NCBI GenBank assembly: GCA_030656035.1
Contig: JAUSOK010000130.1
Location: 2,689 to 26,688, forward strand
Length of the DNA stretch: 24,000 bases
DNA from: Syntrophales bacterium
Lineage (GTDB): Bacteria > Desulfobacterota > Syntrophia > Syntrophales > Fen-1087
Direction: 5' to 3'
Part shown: piece after piece, positions 17,201 to 24,000 of the stretch
How the letters are laid out: every line of letters starts with the position of its first letter
Numbering within the stretch: the stretch's first letter is position 1
Notes under the pieces: model-generated
Seen by the model: the letters and a program-made list of their open reading frames with translations, nothing else
Databases searched by the model: none
What the model was told of the DNA's origin: nothing
Translations under genes and position numbers: made by a program

Positions 17201-17508
17201 TTACGGAAGATGAAGTCGCCTTCTATGACGCCCTCGAAACAAACGACAGCGCCGTGAAGGTTCTCGGCAACGAGACGCTGCGCATCATCGCCCAGGAACT
17301 CCTGAAGACCGTGCGGAATAATGTCACGATTGACTGGACCGTGCGCGAAAACGTCCGGGCGCAGATGCGGGTGATGATCAAGCGGATTCTCCGGCGTTAC
17401 GGCTACCCGCCGGACAAGCAGGCGCGGGCGACGGAGCTGGTTCTGGAACAGGCGGAAGTCCTGAGCCGGGATTGGGCTGAAGCGGTGGTTTATCGCGGGC
17501 GAACATAG
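14290..17508 (+). CDS. hsdR: Type I restriction enzyme, endonuclease/translocase subunit R
   Basis: 1072-aa ORF. PD-(D/E)xK nuclease motif [21 protein letters not shown]2 helicase motifs [10 protein letters not shown] (Walker A), IADEAHRSQ (DEAH), [17 protein letters not shown] and QAIARVNR. Confidence 0.95.
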   Translation: MSANNFTESIVEQAALAWLESMGYTVLSGLEIAPGELQAERDNYGQVILERRLKQALQQLNPQAPADALEEAFRKLTRPDSPSLVSNNHALHKYLVEGVPVEYQRPDGSIGGDLVRVLDYDAPDTNEFVAVNQFTVVEDRHERRPDIVLFVNGLPLAVIELKNAATESATIWSAFNQLQTYKQQLPSLFVFNEALVISDGVQARIGTLTGDKEWFMPWRTIEGEALADTSLPQLQVVLEGVFDKLRFLNMIRHFIVFEDSGGGVLIKKMAGYHQYHAVNVALAETLRACMTVYDLPGIRDEGTYFARRQKDAKPGDRRVGVIWHTQGSGKSLTMAFYAGRVVLHPAMENPTIVVITDRNDLDDQLYGTFARCHELLRQEPVQARNREHLRDLLQTSSGGVVFTTVQKFFPAEAEDQHPLLSDRRNIVVIADEAHRSQYDFIDGFARHMREALPKASFIGFTGTPIELSDKNTRAVFGDYVSIYDIERAVKDGATVPIYYESRLARLELKESERPRIDPEFEEVTEGEEVESKEKLKTKWAQLEALVGAEKRVRLIAEDLVKHFEGRLEAMDGKAMIVGMSRRICVELYNAITAIRPDWKHDNQNDQDHHDDDDANDKHNNNSISIKIVMTGSASDPVEWQEHIRTKARRETLAKRFKYPDDPFKIVIVRDMWLTGFDAPCLHTMYMDKPMRSHGLMQAIARVNRVFKDKPGGLVVDYLGLAHELKSALANYTESGGQGRAAIDQDEAVMLMLEKFEVCCGIFHGFDWTKWNSRDPQERLSILPAAQEHVLSKKDGKSRLSDAVVDLSNAFALAVPHEKALHIRDDVAFFQAMKAVMSKSISGERRSPDEIDHAIRQIVSKAVSSDEVIDIFAAAGLKKPDISILSDEFLAEVRGMPQRNLAVEMLRKLLDGEVKKRSRKNIVQGRSFAEMLENAIKRYQSRAIEAAQVIEELIALAKDMREADRRGEALGLTEDEVAFYDALETNDSAVKVLGNETLRIIAQELLKTVRNNVTIDWTVRENVRAQMRVMIKRILRRYGYPPDKQARATELVLEQAEVLSRDWAEAVVYRGRT

Positions 17509-17565
17509 AAAGGCGCTCCGGGAAGACTGGGAGCCGAATCCTGATAATATAGAGGTATTTCTACC

Positions 17566-19894
<2,329 letters not shown>

Positions 19895-19895
19895 A

Positions 19896-20168
19896 ATGAA
19901 AAGCATACATGTGTTTATATCCGGCAGGGTTCAGGGCGTGGCCTTCCGGCATTACACCGTGAAAACGGCCCTGTCCCTGAATCTGAGAGGCTGGGTCAGG
20001 AATCTGGACGACGGCCGCGTCGAAGCGGTCTTCGATGGGGACGACGCTGCGGTGGACGCCATGCTGGCCTGGTGCAGGAAAGGCCCTTCATCTGCCCGTG
20101 TGACCCTGGTGGACGCCAATGAAGAGCCATCTTCCAGTCAACACAATGACTTCAGAATCAGGTACTGA
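19896..20168 (+). CDS. acyP: Acylphosphatase
   Basis: 90-aa ORF with the signature VFISGRVQGVAFRHYT and GWVRNLDDGRVEAV. It starts 1 nt after the ligA stop. Confidence 0.85.
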   Translation: MKSIHVFISGRVQGVAFRHYTVKTALSLNLRGWVRNLDDGRVEAVFDGDDAAVDAMLAWCRKGPSSARVTLVDANEEPSSSQHNDFRIRY

Positions 20169-21342
20169 ATTCTTTCATGGTTTCGGCGAATCCCGCCATA
20201 GCATTGACAATGGTTTTATCATCCACGCAGTAGGCGATGCGGAAATGCCCCGGCCCGCCGAAACCGCTTCCGGGAACGGTCAGGATTCTTCTTTTCTGCA
20301 AGGCCCGGACAAACTCCACATCGTCCGCGATCGGTGATTTCGGAAACAGATAAAAAGCCCCTTGCGGTTTCTGGAATTCATAGCCGCAGGCGGCCAGGCC
20401 GTCGCAGAGCAGATCCCGCTTTCTTTTGTATTCGCCGACGTCCACACGCATGCCCTGGATATCTGCAATCACGCGCTGCATCAGGGCGGGCGCATTGACG
20501 AAACCCAGAATCCGGTTGCACAGGACCATGCCGCTGACGACCTCGTCGATTTCAAAGATCTCCGGATTGACGGCAATGAATCCGATCCGTTCGCCCGGCA
20601 GGGAAAGGCTCTTGGAATAGGACGTGGCGATTATGCTGTTGGGATATGCTTTCAGAATGCTGGGGACCTGGACGCCGTCATAGACGATCTCGCTGTAGGG
20701 CTCGTCGGAAACGAGATAGAGGGTCTTTCCCTGTGCCTTGCCTTTATCCCTAAGCAAATCTGCCAGTTTTCGGATAGATGCCTCGTCATAAACCTTCCCG
20801 GTGGGATTGTTGGGCGAATTGATCAGGACAACCTTGGTCCTTTCGTCGACGGCGTCTGACATGGCCTCCAGATCGAGAGAAAAATCCTCTTTCGTCTTAA
20901 CCGTTTTCAGGACGCCGCCGGCATTATCGACATAAAAGCGATATTCCACAAAAAAGGGCGCCGGCGTCAGGACCTCGTCTCCGGCGTCTAATAGTGTTTT
21001 CAGAATGACATTCAACGCCCCCCCGGCGCCGCAGGTCATCATGATATGATCGGCAGACAGGGTGATGTCATGTCCGCGGCCGAGGTAAGCAGCGACCGCC
21101 GCGCGGGTCTCCGGATAGCCGGCATTGGGCATGTAGGCATGCCGACCGGGAGTGTCGATCCCGACGATTCGGCTCAGATGTTCCTTGAAGGACGCGGGCG
21201 GATCAATATTGGGGTTGCCCAGACTGAAATCGAAGACCTGATCCGCCCCATACTGTTTCTTTAGGTTGACGCCCTCCTCAAACATCTTTCTGATCCAGGA
21301 AGACTGACTGATAAATCCCTTTATTTTCGTTGAAATGGCCAT
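20158..21342 (-). CDS. Pyridoxal-phosphate-dependent class I aminotransferase (aspartate/alanine type)
   Basis: 394-aa ORF with SPNNPTG, the PLP-lysine motif SYSKSLSLPGERIG, and an AAGGAG Shine-Dalgarno sequence 6 nt upstream. Confidence 0.85.
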   Translation of the reverse strand: MAISTKIKGFISQSSWIRKMFEEGVNLKKQYGADQVFDFSLGNPNIDPPASFKEHLSRIVGIDTPGRHAYMPNAGYPETRAAVAAYLGRGHDITLSADHIMMTCGAGGALNVILKTLLDAGDEVLTPAPFFVEYRFYVDNAGGVLKTVKTKEDFSLDLEAMSDAVDERTKVVLINSPNNPTGKVYDEASIRKLADLLRDKGKAQGKTLYLVSDEPYSEIVYDGVQVPSILKAYPNSIIATSYSKSLSLPGERIGFIAVNPEIFEIDEVVSGMVLCNRILGFVNAPALMQRVIADIQGMRVDVGEYKRKRDLLCDGLAACGYEFQKPQGAFYLFPKSPIADDVEFVRALQKRRILTVPGSGFGGPGHFRIAYCVDDKTIVNAMAGFAETMKEFST

Positions 21343-21372
21343 GACATACTCCTTCTTGATGACGCCTGGTTC

Positions 21373-21500
21373 TTATTACTCCGGCAAGTAAACATGTCAA
21401 AGGTTGTCATGCCGGACTTGATCCGGCATCCAGGCCTGTTGGTAGATTCCCGCTTTCGCGGGAATGACCGTTTTGGCATTTATGGTTGCCGGAGTAATAA
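21373..21500. repeat. 128-bp nested inverted-repeat element (REP/MITE-like)
   Basis: Perfect 15-bp terminal inverted repeats: TTATTACTCCGGCAA (21373-21387) and TTGCCGGAGTAATAA (21486-21500). They enclose two 8-bp hairpins: ATGCCGGA/TCCGGCAT (21409-21416 / 21422-21429) and ATTCCCGC/GCGGGAAT (21446-21453 / 21458-21465). Confidence 0.6.
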
Positions 21501-21605
21501 TTGGTCTTTTCTAACACACCCCTCGCCGGCGGTCAATCCGGAATGCTTGACATTTGCAGCATCATCCCCTAAACTGATGAAAAGATGATGATGGAGATAT
21601 ATCCC

Positions 21606-21797
21606 ATGCCTATTTATGAATTCCAATGTCAAAAATGCAAAAATGAATTTGAAGTGCTGTTCCGGTCAAGCGACGAAAAATTACAGGTCGTCTGTCCCGC
21701 CTGTAAATCCGGAAAGACCCGGAAGATGATGTCCGCCTTTGCCGGCGGGAAGTCAGGATGCAATTCCTGTGCGGCCACCAGCTGCAGTACAGGCTGA
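21606..21797 (+). CDS. FmdB-family zinc-ribbon protein
   Basis: MPIYEFQCQKCKNEFEVL...VVCPACKS is the characteristic CxxC...CxxC N-terminus of the FmdB-type putative regulatory zinc ribbon. GGAGA sits 8 nt upstream of the ATG at 21606. The tracked start at 21585 is probably too far upstream. Confidence 0.7.
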   Translation: MPIYEFQCQKCKNEFEVLFRSSDEKLQVVCPACKSGKTRKMMSAFAGGKSGCNSCAATSCSTG

Positions 21798-21886
21798 GGA
21801 CACTGATCACTGCGGCAGGTCGCCGCAATCAAACCATTTGCCTTTTCCCCAATACCGGTTCGCATGTTTTCTTGCGACATTTTTCA

Positions 21887-21915
21887 TTGCGAAAAACAAG
21901 ACAATCCATTATAAG
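21887..21915 (+). promoter_or_regulatory. Candidate sigma70 promoter upstream of adk
   Basis: TTGCGA (21887-21892), a 17-nt spacer, then TATAAG (21910-21915), about 100 nt upstream of the adk ATG. The -35 match is only 4/6. Confidence 0.3.
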
Positions 21916-22013
21916 GGGCAAGCTCAACGGAGGCCGCTGATCACAGTCGACCCCCATGACGCAAGGCGGCAGTCCTGCCGGCTTTATTAAGGATATTTTG
22001 AAAGGAGCAACAC

Positions 22014-22688
22014 ATGAACATTCTGATTTTTGGACCTAACGGCAGCGGCAAAGGCACCCAGGGCGCCGTTGTGCAGAAGAAATTCGGCATGCCCCACATT
22101 GAAACCGGCGTGATCTTCAGGGAAAACATCAAGAAAGGGACGGACCTCGGAAAGCAGGCAAAAGGCTATATCGATCGGGGAGAACTGGTTCCCGACGCAA
22201 TCACGATCCCGATGATCCTGAACCGCCTGAAGGAAGACGACTGCAAGAACGGCTGGCTGCTGGACGGTTTTCCGCGCAATCTGGCCCAGGGCGAAGCCCT
22301 CTGGGACGCCCTCGTGAAGGAAAATATCAAACTGGACTACGTGATTGAAATCATTCTCGATCGTCAAACTTCTAAGAACCGCATTATGGGCCGGCGTCTC
22401 TGCGCCGTGGACAACAACCACCCGAACAATATTTTCATCGACGCCATCAAACCGGCCGAAAAAGACGGCAAGATGGTCTGCCGGGTCTGCGGCTGCGAAA
22501 CACTGACGGCCCGCGCCGACGATCAGGACGAAGGCGCCATTGACAAGCGTCACAACATTTATTACGACGCCAAAACAGGCACGCTGGCAGGCGTCAACTA
22601 CTTCAAGGAAAGGGTCAAGGTCATCGGCGTGGACGGCCTGCCCGGCGTCAGGGAAGTGGCTGAGGATCTTCAGAAAAAGCTGGTGTAA
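22014..22688 (+). CDS. adk: Adenylate kinase (long-lid form with a Cys/His metal-binding motif)
   Basis: 224-aa ORF with P-loop GPNGSGKGTQ, GFPRNLAQ, and a lid containing C130-X5-H136-X19-C156-X2-C159. AAAGGAG Shine-Dalgarno sequence upstream. Confidence 0.95.
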   Translation: MNILIFGPNGSGKGTQGAVVQKKFGMPHIETGVIFRENIKKGTDLGKQAKGYIDRGELVPDAITIPMILNRLKEDDCKNGWLLDGFPRNLAQGEALWDALVKENIKLDYVIEIILDRQTSKNRIMGRRLCAVDNNHPNNIFIDAIKPAEKDGKMVCRVCGCETLTARADDQDEGAIDKRHNIYYDAKTGTLAGVNYFKERVKVIGVDGLPGVREVAEDLQKKLV

Positions 22689-22716
22689 TAACTTAAAGAT
22701 ATCAGAAGGAATCCAA

Positions 22717-22748
22717 AAAGCCCTCCGGAATATGGGAGGGCTTTTCAA
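22717..22748 (+). terminator. Rho-independent terminator after adk
   Basis: AAAGCCCTCC (22717-22726) pairs perfectly with GGAGGGCTTT (22735-22744) across an 8-nt loop, followed by a short T run. It begins 29 nt after the adk stop. Confidence 0.7.
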
Positions 22749-22756
22749 GTTAATTT

Positions 22757-24000
22757 ATGGAAAATATTCGCAATTTCAGCATTATCGCCCATATCGATCA
22801 CGGCAAGTCCACGCTGGCGGACCGCCTGATCCAGCATACCGGCGTGGTCAGCGAGCGGAACTTCAAGGATCAAATCCTCGACAATATGGATATCGAACGG
22901 GAACGCGGGATTACCATCAAAAGCCAGGCGATCTGTCTTCCCTACAAGGCCCGCGATGGAATAACCTATACGCTCAACCTCATCGACACCCCGGGTCACG
23001 TGGATTTTTCCTATGAGGTTTCCCGGTCGCTCGCCTCCTGCGAAGGGGTTCTGCTTCTGATCGACGCCGCCCAGGGGGTCCAGGCCCAGACACTGGCCAA
23101 TCTTTACCTGGCGATGGAGCACGACCTCGAAATCATTCCGGTCATCAACAAGATCGATCTGCCCTCTGCGGACGTGGAGCGCGTGATCGGACAGATCGAT
23201 ACGGAACTGGGGCTGGACGCGGATAGCCACCTGCAATGCTCCGCCAAGGAAGGAATCGGCATTGAGGAAATTCTGGAAGCCATTGTAGAACGGATTCCAC
23301 CGCCGGCAGGCGACTTTGAGGCGCCGCTGGCGGCGCTGATTTTCGACGCCAATTATGATCCCTTCCGGGGCACCGTGATCCATTGCAGGATATTCGCGGG
23401 GCAGGTCAAACCAGGGGATGTCATTCGTTTAATGTTCACCCATGCCTCTTACAGAGTCGAAGAAGTCGGTCATTTCCTCCTGACACGGGAAAAGCGCAAT
23501 CGCATTGCGGCGGGCGAAGTGGGTTATATCATCGCCGGCGTGAAGACGGTTTCCGATGTCCATACGGGGGATACAATCACACTCGACAACCGGCCCTGTG
23601 AAAAGCCTCTGCCCGGCTTCAAGGAAGTGAAACCCGTCGTCTTTGCCTCCATTTATCCCATTGCCTCCGATGATTATGAAAACCTGGCGGACTCGCTGGA
23701 GAAATTCAAGCTCAACGACGCCTCCTTCATCTATCAGAAAGACTCCTCCGTCGCCCTGGGGCAGGGTTTCCGCTGCGGATTCCTCGGGCTGCTACATCTG
23801 GATATCGTTCAGGAAAGGCTTGAGCGGGAATACGATCTGTCCATCATCCTGTCCGTACCCAGCGTCCGCTACCGCTTTACGCTGAAAAACGGCGCGGTGC
23901 TCGATGTGGACAATCCCTCCCATCATCCGGACCCGGCATCCATTGCAAAATCCGAGGAACCCTATATCCGGGCCACGATGATGATGCCGGAACGCTACCT
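22757..24000 (+). CDS. lepA: Elongation factor 4 (LepA), N-terminal ~414 codons; the 3' end lies outside the window
   Basis: MENIRNFSIIAHIDHGKSTLADRLI, DTPGHVDFSYEVSR and VINKIDLP. The frame is open to the window end. An in-frame TAA at 22751 fixes the ATG at 22757 as the first possible start. Confidence 0.95.
   Translation, partial: MENIRNFSIIAHIDHGKSTLADRLIQHTGVVSERNFKDQILDNMDIERERGITIKSQAICLPYKARDGITYTLNLIDTPGHVDFSYEVSRSLASCEGVLLLIDAAQGVQAQTLANLYLAMEHDLEIIPVINKIDLPSADVERVIGQIDTELGLDADSHLQCSAKEGIGIEEILEAIVERIPPPAGDFEAPLAALIFDANYDPFRGTVIHCRIFAGQVKPGDVIRLMFTHASYRVEEVGHFLLTREKRNRIAAGEVGYIIAGVKTVSDVHTGDTITLDNRPCEKPLPGFKEVKPVVFASIYPIASDDYENLADSLEKFKLNDASFIYQKDSSVALGQGFRCGFLGLLHLDIVQERLEREYDLSIILSVPSVRYRFTLKNGAVLDVDNPSHHPDPASIAKSEEPYIRATMMMPERY

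Noticed and set aside
17509-17545. Possible terminator after hsdR (GCTCC...GGAGC hairpin)
   Set aside because: It has only a 5-bp stem with a 10-nt loop and no following T-tract, which is not convincing.
21394-21588. 64-aa ORF (MSKVVMPDLIRHP...SRFRGND...)
   Set aside because: It is read straight through the nested inverted-repeat element. Its peptide motifs are translations of the two hairpins, it has no Shine-Dalgarno sequence, and it runs into the fmdB-like upstream region.
21811-21827. Possible terminator after the fmdB-like gene (TGCGGC aggtc GCCGCA)
   Set aside because: It has a 6-bp stem but no adjacent U-tract, so it is too weak to call.
21987-23383. Minus-strand ORFs 21987-22748 and 22745-23383
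   Set aside because: They are antisense to adk and lepA respectively.

Overview
This is a densely packed bacterial chromosomal window. GC looks mid-50s % by eye, from hand counts on a few lines only. Most of it is housekeeping, interrupted by one accessory block of about 8.2 kb.

Gene order:
- 1-1287 (+): partial MoaD/ThiS-type sulfur carrier, a second beta-grasp protein without a Gly-Gly end, and a MoeB/ThiF E1-like adenylyltransferase.
- 1284-4770 (-): two-subunit pyruvate carboxylase, pycB then pycA.
- 4771-5180: a 410-bp hairpin-rich divergent intergenic region.
- 5181-7265 (+): a divergent EF-G paralog.
- 7297-7788 (+): MogA/MoaB.
- 7757-9131 (-): Mut7-C nuclease-like protein, LapA-like membrane protein and a HIT protein.
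- 9328-17508 (+): type I restriction-modification operon hsdM-fic-hsdS-(Abi_C-like)-hsdR behind a near-consensus sigma70 promoter.
- 17566-20168 (+): small hypothetical protein, ligA, acyP.
- 20158-21342 (-): class I aminotransferase.
- 21373-21500: a 128-bp nested inverted-repeat element.
- 21606-24000 (+): FmdB zinc-ribbon protein, adk, and lepA (3' end outside the window).

I found no rRNA, tRNA, CRISPR array, transposase or integrase.

The best candidate for an undescribed system is the composite R-M operon. Two non-R-M genes sit inside it and are translationally coupled to it: an intact, auto-inhibited class II Fic AMPylase and an Abi_C-like protein. By analogy with PrrC in the EcoprrI locus, I read them as latent abortive-infection effectors guarded by the R-M complex. 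That reading is inference.

Supporting oddities within the operon:
- fic is bracketed by a duplicated hsdM-3'-end/RBS/start-codon junction.
- The only intergenic gap holds a GGACAC(G) motif array around a perfect TATAAT.
- The second HsdS target-recognition domain is sharply lower in GC.

Outside the operon, three things stand out:
- The EF-G paralog has Asp in place of the catalytic His (DTPGD) and NRMD in place of NKxD.
- Adk carries a Cys-X5-His...Cys-X2-Cys lid like the metal-binding Desulfovibrio gigas enzyme.
- A tandem beta-grasp pair sits with the E1-like enzyme.

All family assignments rest on motif recognition by eye. No database search was run.
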